Source of the DNA: an uncultured Nitrospiraceae bacterium
GTDB taxonomy: Bacteria > Nitrospirota > Nitrospiria > Nitrospirales > Nitrospiraceae
DNA: 64,000 bases
Assembly: GCA_963846575.1 (NCBI GenBank)
Contig: CAWJWJ010000002.1
Coordinates: 896,001 to 960,000, forward strand
Direction: 5' to 3'
The notes beneath the pieces are model-generated. The model was not told the origin of the DNA. It did not search any database and saw only the letters and a list, made by a program, of their open reading frames with translations. The translations under genes and the position numbers were made by a program. This document shows, one piece after another, positions 1 through 9,981 of the stretch; positions within the stretch are counted from its first letter, which is position 1; each line of letters starts with the position of its first letter.

Positions 1-242
1 TTGGCGGAATCTCCGGGAGAGAGCCACCGGAGCGTCTGCGTCCCGACTTCATCCGGTAGACGATCCAACGTATCGGCCGCCACGGGGGGATTCATCGAGG
101 AGAGGAGTTCGGCGACGATCCGGGGAGGGGTGGTTTCCACGAGGTGGACGATGTCATCCGGATCGAACGATTCCAGCAGTTGCCCGGCTTCCTCCGCATG
201 GTCGACGAAAAACGCTTCATGAAGTTTTTGGTGGAGTGCCAT
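1..242 (-). CDS. MgtE-like magnesium transporter, N-terminal part (runs off the window)
   Basis: Manual translation from ATG at 242: MALHQKLHEAFFVDHAEEAGQLLESFDPDDIVHLVE..., a helical MgtE_N-like pattern; overlaps the upstream MgtE_N/CBS gene. Confidence 0.6.
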   Translation of the reverse strand, partial: MALHQKLHEAFFVDHAEEAGQLLESFDPDDIVHLVETTPPRIVAELLSSMNPPVAADTLDRLPDEVGTQTLRWLSPGDSA

Positions 243-1110
243 CGGGGGTCTCGCCTTCCTGGTGCAGCAAAGGCGCTGCATCCGATACTGTCGTACCGAC
301 TGCCTGCGCCACATCGGTCATGATGTGCAGGCCGATCAGTGCATAGGCTTCCCACATCTGCAACAGGGCCTCGGGAAGGGACCCTCCCGTGGGCCGCACC
401 TCGGACCGGTCGCCGATCTGCCGAAGCGTCCGGTATCGGAGCGCCCCGAGAAAATGTCCTTCCCGGTCGACGACCGGAAGGGTGTGGTAGAGCTGCCAAT
501 TGGGGTTTTGCAACAACTCCCCTTCGGTGGCCTCGGCGGTCACAGTTTCCAGCTGGTTTCTCATGATGGTGGCCACCAACTCGTCGGGAGCCGCCACTAC
601 CAGTTCTTTCGTGGTCACCAGGCCGACGAGCACGCCATCCCGTTCGACGACGTATTGGTAGTAGGTGGCCCGTCGGGGGTCGCGCTTGATGCGGTCGATC
701 GCCGCCGATACCGCGATGTCGGGCGGCAGGGTGACGACACGAGGGTCGGACAGGCTCGCGGCGGTGCCTTCAGGATAGGTCACGCTCAACCGGAGACCGG
801 GGCCGACGGTCTGATCCAGGGAGGCGAGCAGGTCTCCCTGCAAGGCCGGCTCGAATTGGCGCAGGATCCCGGTCGCAGCGTGGGTGGGCAGTGTTGCAAG
901 GATGTCCACGGCTTGTTTCTGAGGCAATAACAACAGGACCGGGGCAGCCAGGTCCGGGGAGAATTGTTCGAGCACCCGAGCCGAGTCCTGCGCGGCAAAC
1001 TCCGCCATGACGGCGGCGATGTCCACCGCGGTCCAGTTCTCCATATGTTTGGTGGCTTCGAGCGGGTAGGCCCTGAGATAGGTCAATGTTAAGCGTGCGT
1101 CCGCGTCCAT
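217..1110 (-). CDS. MgtE intracellular N-domain plus CBS-pair protein (no full membrane domain)
   Basis: Helical repeats followed by CBS motifs (YVVERDGVLVGLVT, LPVVDREGHFLG). Confidence 0.75.
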   Translation of the reverse strand: MDADARLTLTYLRAYPLEATKHMENWTAVDIAAVMAEFAAQDSARVLEQFSPDLAAPVLLLLPQKQAVDILATLPTHAATGILRQFEPALQGDLLASLDQTVGPGLRLSVTYPEGTAASLSDPRVVTLPPDIAVSAAIDRIKRDPRRATYYQYVVERDGVLVGLVTTKELVVAAPDELVATIMRNQLETVTAEATEGELLQNPNWQLYHTLPVVDREGHFLGALRYRTLRQIGDRSEVRPTGGSLPEALLQMWEAYALIGLHIMTDVAQAVGTTVSDAAPLLHQEGETPDGTPPKTS

Positions 1111-1113
1111 AGT

Positions 1114-1943
1114 TTACCTGGGATTTTCGATGGTCGCGCTGGACTCCTGAAAACTGGACGCCGGCACGACGACGCGGCCTCTCGGCGTATCGACGACGAT
1201 GGCGACCGGGGTGAGGGCGACGATCTGTCCTTGTACGTCAGCCACGCGGATCGTCTGTCCCACCCGGAACAACGGGTGGAGATAGTGCGCGGCGATCAGG
1301 TTGGCCACGGCGCTCCGGGCCCCCAGTCCAAAGGACAGGGCGGCGCCCGCGATCAATCCGCCGAAGGCGATCATGATCGTGCTGTTCAGCAGCGTCGTGT
1401 CGATCCCCAATTCGTTGATCCCCGTCACGAAGACGACCAGAATGGCCGCGACATAAAAGGTCTGGGACACGATCGCGCCTTGGGCGACGCCGGCCGAACT
1501 GCAGGCCAGGGCAATGAGATCCTTGATATAGCCGGCCGCCAACATGCCCAATACGATGATGAGGATCGCGGTGCCGATCCGGGAAGGTAGAAGGCAAAGG
1601 TGGTGAGGGCTTCCGACACGGCCGGAAGGCCGATCGTTTCGGTGGCCGAGATGCCGAAGAGCAGAAAGATGAGCCAGAAGACCAGCAGGCCGAGAATGTC
1701 GGCGCTGGTCCTGTTGCCTTCGGCTTTCGCCAGGAGGGTTTGGATCGGCGTCTTGGCGAGGAGGCGATTGAAGCCGATCAGCTTCAGCAGTGCCGCCGTT
1801 CCCGCCGCGACCATCCGGGCCAGGAGATATCCGGCCAACAGGAGAAGGACCGCGCCGAGCAGTTTGGGCAGGAATGCGACGATCATGGCGAGGCTTGCTG
1901 CCACCGACTCTCGAAAGATGTCCAGCCAGTCGCGAAAGTTCAC
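1114..1943 (-). CDS. Small-conductance mechanosensitive channel (MscS/TM-helix family), frameshifted near 1582
   Basis: ORF 1425..1964 gives the N-terminal TM helices and ORF 1114..2082 the C-terminus (ALSFGLGARSAVANLIAA, VGQTIRV). One extra C in CTT CCC (C)GG joins them as FYLPRIGTAIL. Confidence 0.75.
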
Positions 1944-2218
1944 CTGGTTCCCTTTCCGGCGCATGACGCGCTGCGCGCCGCAGCCAAAGGTGGAGGATGC
2001 CGCGCCAGTATGCCTGAGTACGTGAGGGAAAGCAGCCCACCGTACCGGGTCGGAGCATCGTGGCCCAGGGAGTTTGCGTCACCCTCGGCGGGGAGTTCCT
2101 GGCGCTCCGTGTGGAGAAGCGGCGACCGGATCGTGCCTCATCCCGGGAATGTGTAGAATATCGGGATAACGATGCCTCTGATTTCCCGGCCTGCCCTCTT
2201 GCGTCCTTGGAGGACCCT

Positions 2219-3472
2219 ATGGATACACATACAGTTCGGATAACGCCTGACAGAGACGAGAGTCAGCCGGGCTTCGGATCGTTCCGGGCTGCGGCTCCTT
2301 ACGCGGCATCCGTGAACTCATTGTGGCCGGAGCCCTGGCCATCGTCTGGGCTGTATTGCCTGCCACGCCGGCCGGGGCAAATCATTCCGGTCACGCCGGT
2401 CAGCACGAGCCGGACATGTCACCCGTGACCGGTGCCGGACATTCGATCCCGGGCGCAGCCTTGGAGGTGTTTCTAGGGCCAGGCAAAGAATCTCGCGAGG
2501 GCCCCGGACTCGACCGGGACCAGGCCGATGCGGCCGTCCGGACTGTCATCCAGGCCTTCACCCACATGTTGCAGCACCGGACGGACTATCCGCGATTTGA
2601 TGAAAGCCTCAAGAAGAGGCACTACAGCAGGTCATTGTCGAGCCGTTCGTGGTCAATCAGGAGGGCAAAGAGTTCCCATTTTTGGTTGCGCGGACGAAGA
2701 AGCCGGGAAAGTCAGACTCCTGATCAGCGCCTCGTCGCTGAAGGAGAAGGACTTCCTGGACCATCCGGACCGGCTTGTCCCGGTCTTGGCCAGAGAGTTC
2801 CAATGGGTCGTCAGCAAAGCGGATACGGCGCCCAAAGCGACATCCGTCGCGGTCGAACGCGATCTCATCCATGCACCGGTACGTCCGGATCAGGATATTC
2901 TGTCTCTTCCGCCCGAGGCTCGGCTGCAGGTGCTACAAGGATTGTTCGACAGGTATCTGCGGACCGTGGATGACCAGAACAGTTTGAACGGACAATCGTA
3001 TTACGAGGTGGGGAGTACGAGCCTGGTGGCGCCGGCTCAACCGGAGTCCACGACCAGGTTGTACGACATCCGGGTTCGGGAAGCGCTGCAGAAGATCGTG
3101 CACGATCCCTATTTCGCGGAAAATCAGCCTCAAGCCGTGCGAAGCCTGTTGAATGGAAAAATCTGGAATGTCGCCTTCGTCAAGATCGATCAGCGGGATT
3201 GGGCCACGCGGACCAGGGTGCTGCCGGAAAATAAATCGGTGGTGGTCGGCGAACGGGCGCACCCTGTCCAGCCCGCGTCCATTCTGGTGAATACCTATCG
3301 GACGGCATCGCCGGACGATCCGTTTTATCCGGACAGCGGAGGATTGCCGATGGGGGCACTCTCGGCGGATCGGCTGGCGCGGGTCATCGCATCCGAAATT
3401 GAGCACAATATTCATGAGAAATCACTCAGCGGCCACGTGGCCCAGGATGCACTCTCCGCCCCCTCCAAGTGA
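2219..3472 (+). CDS. Hypothetical exported protein, broken by apparent frameshifts
   Basis: GGAGGA RBS before ATG 2219; coding-like segments in ORFs 2323..2973 and 2528..3472 join through two -1 slips in AAGAAG contexts (about 2615 and 2700). Confidence 0.55.
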
Positions 3473-3714
3473 TGGTCGGACAGAGTCACGCTGTTGCAAC
3501 CGGCAAAGGGCACAGGCCGCTGCTTGTTGCCGATGGATGGAACATTCGAATCAGAATGCTCAACGGCCCGGCGCCTCCCGCAGCGCCGGAGGAGTGGACC
3601 GCAAAGACCCTGAGCACGTACAATACGCATCCGCGGTCGCTATTCCTCTCGCCCTCACGGTGCTCCGGAAGCGTCCTACTCGCGTACTATCAACATGACC
3701 AGGAAGGGATCGTC

Positions 3715-4806
3715 ATGAGTGTGAAATGTGGAATCGTCGGGCTGCCCAATGTGGGCAAGTCCACCTTGTTTAATGCGCTCACCAAATCGGGGATTGCGGC
3801 GGAGAATTATCCGTTCTGTACCATCGAGCCGAACATCGGCATCGTGGAGGTCCCCGATGCTCGGATTCAGGCCCTGGCCGATATCGTCAAGCCGCAGCGG
3901 GTGCAGTATGCGACGACTGAGTTCGTGGATATCGCCGGGCTCGTGGCCGGTGCCTCGAAGGGCGAAGGCCTGGGTAATCAATTCCTGGCCAATATTCGCG
4001 AAACCGACGGGATCGTGAACGTGGTGCGCTGCTTTGAAGATGACAATGTGGTTCACGTCTCGGGCAAGGTCGACCCGATCTCGGACATCGGGACGATCGT
4101 GACGGAATTGGCCCTGGCAGACCTCACGACGGTGGAGAAAGCTCAAGAGCGGAACATGAAGGTCATTCGCTCGGGGGATAAGGATGCCGCGAAACTGGGT
4201 GAGGTGCTGGTGCAGGTGGCCGCCTGTTTGAACGAGGGGAAGCCGGCACGCACGCTCAAACTGGACGCCGCGCAACGTCTCTTGCTGAGGCCGCTCTGTC
4301 TGCTCACGATGAAACCCGTGATGTATGTGGCCAACGTGTCGGAAAAGGGATTCAAAAACAATCCTCTGCTGGCTGCCGTGGAGGACTATGCCGCTCGCGA
4401 GGGCGCGCCCGTCGTCGCCATCTGCGCGGCGCTGGAATCGGAGATTGCAGTGCTCTCCGACGAGGAGAAACGGGAGTTCCTCGTCGACATCGGCATGACC
4501 GAACCCGGCCTCAACCGCCTGATTCGCGCGGCCTACCAGCTCTTGGGCTTACAGACGTATTTCACGGCGGGGGTCAAGGAAGTCCGCGCCTGGACGATTC
4601 ATATTGGTGACACCGCTCCACAGGCGGCCGGCGTGATTCATGGTGATTTCGAAAAGGGTTTCATCCGCGCGGAAGTCATCGGGTACGACGACTTTATCGG
4701 GTGCAAAGGGGAAGCGGGGGCGAAGGAGAAAGGAAAGATGCGGCTGGAAGGGAAAGAGTATGTGGTGCAGAACGGCGACGTGATGCACTTCCGCTTCAAC
4801 GTGTAA
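3715..4806 (+). CDS. ychF: Redox-regulated ATPase YchF (Obg family)
   Basis: [35 protein letters not shown]-terminal HFRFNV. Confidence 0.97.
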   Translation: MSVKCGIVGLPNVGKSTLFNALTKSGIAAENYPFCTIEPNIGIVEVPDARIQALADIVKPQRVQYATTEFVDIAGLVAGASKGEGLGNQFLANIRETDGIVNVVRCFEDDNVVHVSGKVDPISDIGTIVTELALADLTTVEKAQERNMKVIRSGDKDAAKLGEVLVQVAACLNEGKPARTLKLDAAQRLLLRPLCLLTMKPVMYVANVSEKGFKNNPLLAAVEDYAAREGAPVVAICAALESEIAVLSDEEKREFLVDIGMTEPGLNRLIRAAYQLLGLQTYFTAGVKEVRAWTIHIGDTAPQAAGVIHGDFEKGFIRAEVIGYDDFIGCKGEAGAKEKGKMRLEGKEYVVQNGDVMHFRFNV

Positions 4807-4826
4807 CGGCCCGCAACCCATCCATC

Positions 4827-5393
4827 GTGGCATCGGCATTTTCGCATGCGCTCGTGGCCCTGGGGATGGGCAAGGTCTCCCCCCATGCCGTCATGGACCG
4901 CCGCGCCCTGTTGCTGGGTGCCCTCTGCGCGGTGCTGCCGGATCTCGACGTGATCGGATTCGGATATGGCATTCAGTACGGCGACCTGTGGGGACATCGC
5001 GGGCTGACGCATTCGCTGGCCTTTGCCGCGCTGTTGAGCGCAGGCCTCGTGGCCCTGTTGTACGGACGGGAATCCGGTGCGGTCAGGCGAGGCATGGGCC
5101 TCTATCTCTTTCTCTGTACCGCTTCACACGGGATGCTCGATGCGCTGACCGATGGAGGGTTGGGTGTCGCGTTTTTCTCCCCCTTTGATCCGACTCGATA
5201 CTTTTTCCCATTCCGGCCCGTGGCGGTGTCCCCCATCGGCGTCCGTGAGTTTTTTGACGAACAGGGTCTGGCGGTGCTGGTCAGCGAAGTGACATGGATC
5301 TGGCTCCCCGCCGGTCTGTTGTTCTGGGGCCTTCGAGCCGCGAAAGCGGTGTGGTTGCGCAGGCGCGCTCCACTGGCCTCTCCCGCCGAGTGA
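4827..5393 (+). CDS. Inner-membrane metal-dependent hydrolase (YdjM/YbcI family)
   Basis: LPDLD, HRGLTHS, SHGMLDALTDGG motifs; GTG start. Confidence 0.85.
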   Translation: MASAFSHALVALGMGKVSPHAVMDRRALLLGALCAVLPDLDVIGFGYGIQYGDLWGHRGLTHSLAFAALLSAGLVALLYGRESGAVRRGMGLYLFLCTASHGMLDALTDGGLGVAFFSPFDPTRYFFPFRPVAVSPIGVREFFDEQGLAVLVSEVTWIWLPAGLLFWGLRAAKAVWLRRRAPLASPAE

Positions 5394-5426
5394 ACGGAGC
5401 CTGCGCCGGTTCCCTCCGGAGGGCGA

Positions 5427-5870
5427 TCAGGGAGACTTCATTTCCAGCCGCACCCGGTCGATGGACCAGCGGAGGTCCTTCAATGGAAGGTTGTGCCCAT
5501 CCAGCGCCTCGACTTCGATGATGACTTGGGGGGTGCGTTCACGGCCTCCGGTGATCGTCTTCAGAGCCTGCGTCACGTCCAGGCGAATGAGGGGCAGGCG
5601 TCGTGGCTCCGACATGGTTGGTCGCGCCGCCACGATGCCTGCCGAGCCCAGGACCACGGTCTGGTGCCGGTCCGTTACGCTGATCACGCGAAGCTTGAGA
5701 GGTTGATCTCCCGGAACAGTCACTCCCTCCAACACAAGGTGAATCCTGCTCGCGTCCGAGGATGCCGGCGGCAAGGCCAGGGTGAACCGGGGATTTCCTT
5801 CATCGGCATGAACCGGCATGCAAAAGCTCGCGATCAGGAACAGCGTGGTGAACGCCACTTGTCTCGTCAT
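5427..5870 (-). CDS. Sec-exported hypothetical protein resembling a PPO C-terminal beta-sandwich domain
   Basis: Signal peptide ending in VHA; 4-bp overlap with the stop codon of the oxidase gene. Confidence 0.65.
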   Translation of the reverse strand: MTRQVAFTTLFLIASFCMPVHADEGNPRFTLALPPASSDASRIHLVLEGVTVPGDQPLKLRVISVTDRHQTVVLGSAGIVAARPTMSEPRRLPLIRLDVTQALKTITGGRERTPQVIIEVEALDGHNLPLKDLRWSIDRVRLEMKSP

Positions 5871-7303
5871 TTGTCCTCGCGTTCCACCTCCGCGACTGTG
5901 AGATGGACGTCCTTCGCTCGCACGGGAATCACCGTGCGAGTTTGAGTCTTGTCCGTTCGTTCTACCAAAGCAAGCCGCACAGGGCCTTGCATGCCGCTTA
6001 ATGCATCGAGCATTGGCAGGGACAGATTCATGGCCACGTTCCGAGCCTGTTTGGAGGTATGGCGTCCTTCCCGATCGCTCAGGACGACCGGGACCGTCCC
6101 CAGATAGCCCTTGCTGCCTGGACCCTCGTCAGCCTTGGCTGCCTCCGGCGTGGCATACAATCGATAGACCGCACTCTTCTTCAATGGCAAGGAGAGCGCA
6201 GTCAGGTGGAGCCGCGCCCGTCCCCCCTGTTCCAGCATCTTCACGATCTTATCACGCGTAGCGCGGGCCACCGTCACCGTGTTGCTGATGCGCCAATCAG
6301 TGCGGATCACTATCCAGTCCAGGAGGCAGGGCAAAATCTCAAAGAACCGCGAGGGGCCATAACTGTATCGCAACTGGTTTTCGTGGTTCAGCACCTGTGC
6401 CGCCGTAATCGAACGCCAGACTTTATTTTCATCGAAAAAGTTCCAGGTCAGATTGAGGAAGGCGCTGTCGGTGGAGTTCGTGTGGCTCGAGGAGGCCTTG
6501 TTCCAGTCGGACCAGATCTTGTCCACGTTGGCATGGTGGGCGTAAAACACGGGATCCTTGCCTGCTGAGTCGAAGAACCCCATGTCGCCGCCCACATCGA
6601 CATGTACGGAGCCGTGCGGTGCGCCCTCGGGGATGCCGCTGCCTCCGGCCGTTCCGCCGAACTCGGCGAACGTTCCGGCGTTGAGCGCCGCGTCCATCAC
6701 AGTGTCTCCCACATCTTCGTCCGGAATCACGTCAGTCGGGCTCATGGTTCGAGTGCCGTTCCACAGTGGATTGCTGCCATCGTTGGGAGACGTGTACCCG
6801 CCTGGAAGGGTGCGATGGGCCGGACTGTCCCAATCCCAGTAAGGGAGCCGGAAGTTCATATCGCCGATGAGTTTGCCGAGTATCCGTTCATGAAAATACA
6901 GGTAGGCCCGGTGCCATGCAAAAAACTGCCAGGAGAAATGCACCTGCGTACCCTCGCCACAATACCAGCAATGGATGTTCGCCTGGCGTGTGAACCCTCG
7001 CGGATCGGCGGGGTCGCTCGTGTCCAGGGCGCGCATGGCCTGATAGGCCTCCTTTAATTTTTTGAGTTCATCGGCGCCGAGGGTCGAGGCCGGTCGTCGA
7101 GGCTGTATGATGCGGCAATCCTTTCGCCACCGTTTCGCCGTGCCGGGATTCCCGGGCGGCTCACAAACGGCCAGGACCGATTGCGGTAGCGCCAGGCCTG
7201 CGAACAGGCTCACACCGAGTGCACCTGCGCCAAATCCGAGTTGGCGCAGGAATGCTCTGCGCGACGACATACCTGCGTTAGGGTTGTGTGTACCGGTGGA
7301 CAT
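5867..7303 (-). CDS. Tat-exported tyrosinase / polyphenol oxidase (type-3 copper)
   Basis: SRRAFL twin-arginine motif; CuA HCWYC...HFSWQFFAWHR; CuB PHGSVH...DPVFYAHHANVD; GAGGAGG RBS. Confidence 0.9.
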   Translation of the reverse strand: MSTGTHNPNAGMSSRRAFLRQLGFGAGALGVSLFAGLALPQSVLAVCEPPGNPGTAKRWRKDCRIIQPRRPASTLGADELKKLKEAYQAMRALDTSDPADPRGFTRQANIHCWYCGEGTQVHFSWQFFAWHRAYLYFHERILGKLIGDMNFRLPYWDWDSPAHRTLPGGYTSPNDGSNPLWNGTRTMSPTDVIPDEDVGDTVMDAALNAGTFAEFGGTAGGSGIPEGAPHGSVHVDVGGDMGFFDSAGKDPVFYAHHANVDKIWSDWNKASSSHTNSTDSAFLNLTWNFFDENKVWRSITAAQVLNHENQLRYSYGPSRFFEILPCLLDWIVIRTDWRISNTVTVARATRDKIVKMLEQGGRARLHLTALSLPLKKSAVYRLYATPEAAKADEGPGSKGYLGTVPVVLSDREGRHTSKQARNVAMNLSLPMLDALSGMQGPVRLALVERTDKTQTRTVIPVRAKDVHLTVAEVEREDK

Positions 7304-7394
7304 TGACCGACCTCCTCTGTGGTTGGATTGAACGTGAATGGCCGACGTGCAGGAAGATCTTCCTCGCTGGCACGCGTCGGACCAATGGAGATGC

Positions 7395-7410
7395 ATCAAT
7401 AAGCGTGCCT
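7395..7410 (-). promoter_or_regulatory. Possible sigma54-like promoter for the oxidase operon
   Basis: Minus strand AGGCACGCTTATTGAT: good -24 element, but -12 is GA rather than GC. Confidence 0.25.
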
Positions 7411-7708
7411 AGCGGGCAGTGAGATCATGAGTCTTCCAGGAAATCACGTGGACGCCACACCAGGTCATCGCCGCAGCTCCATCTTCGCGCTGGTGTATCT
7501 GATGCGATACGGGCCATGACCGATTGGATACAGTGTGGAACCCGGTGAGCCCCTGCGTAGTTCTACAACCCATGTGTTGACAGGCTTCCCGGCTCGGGCT
7601 AGCCTGCATCGTCTTTCGCCCGGGGGCCCACGCCTGCTGATGCGGTGCCTCGAGCACCACCGCAGCAGTACGTAGACCGGCGTTGCCTCATTCTCACAGG
7701 AGACCGCC

Positions 7709-9187
7709 ATGCCAGAGTCTCTTTCGCCCGGAATCTACGTCCCTGAAATCCAGGCCGGAAGCCAGGCGATCACAGGTGTGGCGACTGGCACGGGGGGATT
7801 TCTCGGCATCGCCGAGCGTGGGCCGACAGTGCCGACTCTCGTGTCGAGCGTTGCTGAGTATCGCGCAATGTTTGGAGACTACGTGATGGATGGCGCGCAG
7901 GACCGTTACTTGACCTACGCCGTCGAGGGCTACTTTCAAAACGGGGGGCGGCGCTGTTATGTCCAACGGGTGTGTGGAAGAGGGGCCGCGGCGGCCGGCG
8001 CGACGGTCTCCGGGAAGCTCAGGGTTTCCGCGGTTGGGCCTGGAGCCTGGGGAAATCGCATTGCGGTGGACATCCTACCGGCGGGGTCGCGCCATCTGTT
8101 CGGACTCACGGTGAGGTATTGGGGTCCCCATACCATCCACCCGGGCGAAGCCACTGTCCGCGAAGAGTACGCCCATCTATCGTCGGACGAAGCGTCGCCG
8201 GACTTCTATGTGAAGAGGGTCAATGGCACGTCACGTCTGGTGAGGCTTGAAAGGGCGGGCAGGGGCGGTCGTCCGGCAGCCGCCACGGAACGATGGTTGT
8301 TTCGAGGGAGGGACGGCGGGGCCTGTGCCGACAGTGACTGTCAGGCGGCCCTGGATCTCCTTGGGCAGGTGGATGAGATCGCTCTAGTCTGTTGTCCGGA
8401 TGAGCCGGGTTTCCCATCCGTCACGGGGCAGCTGCTGGAGCACTGTGCACGCCTCAAGGATCGATTCGCCATCCTGCAGGCTCCGCTGTCGGTTCCCGAC
8501 CTGCTGCATCACCGGCCTCCACGTGATTCGCGCTACGGGGCCTATTACCTGCCCTGGGTGCGCGTCAGGCATGCCATGAATGGCCGGGAAGTACTCGTTC
8601 CACCGGGAGGGCACATCGCGGGTATCTATGCCAGGACGGACCAGGAGCGAGGAGTGCACAAGGCTCCCGCGAATGAAGCGGTTCGTGGTCTGCTGGCCGA
8701 TCCGCTGGATCCTGAGCGAGGACTAGCCCTCCGGATCACTCAGGCGCAACAGGAAGCGCTTCATCCGCAGGGAGTCAATCTGCTCCGGTATTTTCCGGGG
8801 AAAGGAGTCCTCCTGTGGGGGGCGAGGACAATGGCATCGGATCCGGAATGGAGGTATGTGAACGTCCGGCGGTTGCTCATCTTCGTCGAAGCCTCCATCA
8901 GAAAGGCCATCGGATGGGTGGTCTGTGAGCCCAATGAGGAGCCGTTGTGGGCGACGCTGCGGAGCAGCGTCGGTAATTTCCTCACGGAGTTGTGGAGAGC
9001 CGGCATGTTTCAGGGACAAACTCCGGATGAAGCGTTTTTTGTGAAGTGTGATCGAACGACGATGACCCCAGCCGATCTCGACCAGGGCAGGCTCGTTCTG
9101 GTGATCGGCATTGCTCCGATCAAACCGGCCGAATTTGTCGTCTTTCGAGTCGGACAGTGGGCCGGAGGATCCGACCTGACCGAATGA
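7709..9187 (+). CDS. Phage tail sheath family protein (contractile injection system type)
   Basis: N-terminal SPGIYV; PPGGHIAGIYARTDQERGVHKAPANE; LWGART; WRYVNVRRL; C-terminal GIAPIKPAEFVVFR. Confidence 0.9.
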   Translation: MPESLSPGIYVPEIQAGSQAITGVATGTGGFLGIAERGPTVPTLVSSVAEYRAMFGDYVMDGAQDRYLTYAVEGYFQNGGRRCYVQRVCGRGAAAAGATVSGKLRVSAVGPGAWGNRIAVDILPAGSRHLFGLTVRYWGPHTIHPGEATVREEYAHLSSDEASPDFYVKRVNGTSRLVRLERAGRGGRPAAATERWLFRGRDGGACADSDCQAALDLLGQVDEIALVCCPDEPGFPSVTGQLLEHCARLKDRFAILQAPLSVPDLLHHRPPRDSRYGAYYLPWVRVRHAMNGREVLVPPGGHIAGIYARTDQERGVHKAPANEAVRGLLADPLDPERGLALRITQAQQEALHPQGVNLLRYFPGKGVLLWGARTMASDPEWRYVNVRRLLIFVEASIRKAIGWVVCEPNEEPLWATLRSSVGNFLTELWRAGMFQGQTPDEAFFVKCDRTTMTPADLDQGRLVLVIGIAPIKPAEFVVFRVGQWAGGSDLTE

Positions 9188-9314
9188 CCATCTCCGCAGT
9201 CCGCCACTTCCGGTGCCATTGTGCGGACATCTGCACATCAGAGTTGAGGTCGTCCAGGTCGGACGTGCTAGACTGCGCCAGTTTCGTGAGGTCATCAATC
9301 CGGTTACTCGCTCC

Positions 9315-9779
9315 ATGTTCGACGTCATTCTGTATCAACCTGAAATTCCTCCGAACAGCGGCAACATCATTCGTCTCTGCGCCAATACCGGCGCGAGGCT
9401 GCATATGGTCAAACCGCTGGGATTTACGCTGGAGGACAAGCAATTGCTGCGGGCCGGACTGGACTACCATGAATTCGCCAGCCTGACGGTGCACGAAAGC
9501 TGGGGGGAATGTGTCGGGCAGTTCCAAACTCGGCGGCTCTTCACCGTGTCGACCAAGGGGACTCAGCGCTACGATCTGGTGAACTACCTTGAGGACGACG
9601 TGTTCGTCTTCGGCCCCGAAACCCGCGGGTTGCCCCCCGAGATCCTGGGAAGTGTGGGCCCGGACCGGCGGATTCGCGTGCCGATGGTGAAGGGGAGCCG
9701 CAGCCTCAATCTCTCCAACGCGGTGGCGGTGGTCGTCTATGAAGCCTGGCGGCAGCTCGATTTTGGAAACGGTTGCTAG
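9315..9779 (+). CDS. trmL: tRNA (cytidine/uridine-34 2'-O)-methyltransferase
   Basis: PEIPPNSGN, RAGLDYH, FGPETRGLP, RSLNLSN. Confidence 0.92.
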   Translation: MFDVILYQPEIPPNSGNIIRLCANTGARLHMVKPLGFTLEDKQLLRAGLDYHEFASLTVHESWGECVGQFQTRRLFTVSTKGTQRYDLVNYLEDDVFVFGPETRGLPPEILGSVGPDRRIRVPMVKGSRSLNLSNAVAVVVYEAWRQLDFGNGC

Positions 9780-9981
9780 CTGAGTGGGGCGTCTGACCCT
9801 TCTGTTCCGGTGCGACGTCTGCCAGGCCGTTCGTCCATGGCCGGTCACGCGCTCAGGGATTCGTCGGGACAGAGCACCAAGGCACGCAACTCTCACAGAG
9901 GTTAGACAACGCGTCGAGGGTATGAGGCCCGTTGGAAACCGGGACCTCTCGATGCACGGCTGATTGTTCGAAGGAGGCATC

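Noticed and set aside
7709..9187. Prophage or complete eCIS
   Set aside because: No other structural, lysis or integrase genes in the window
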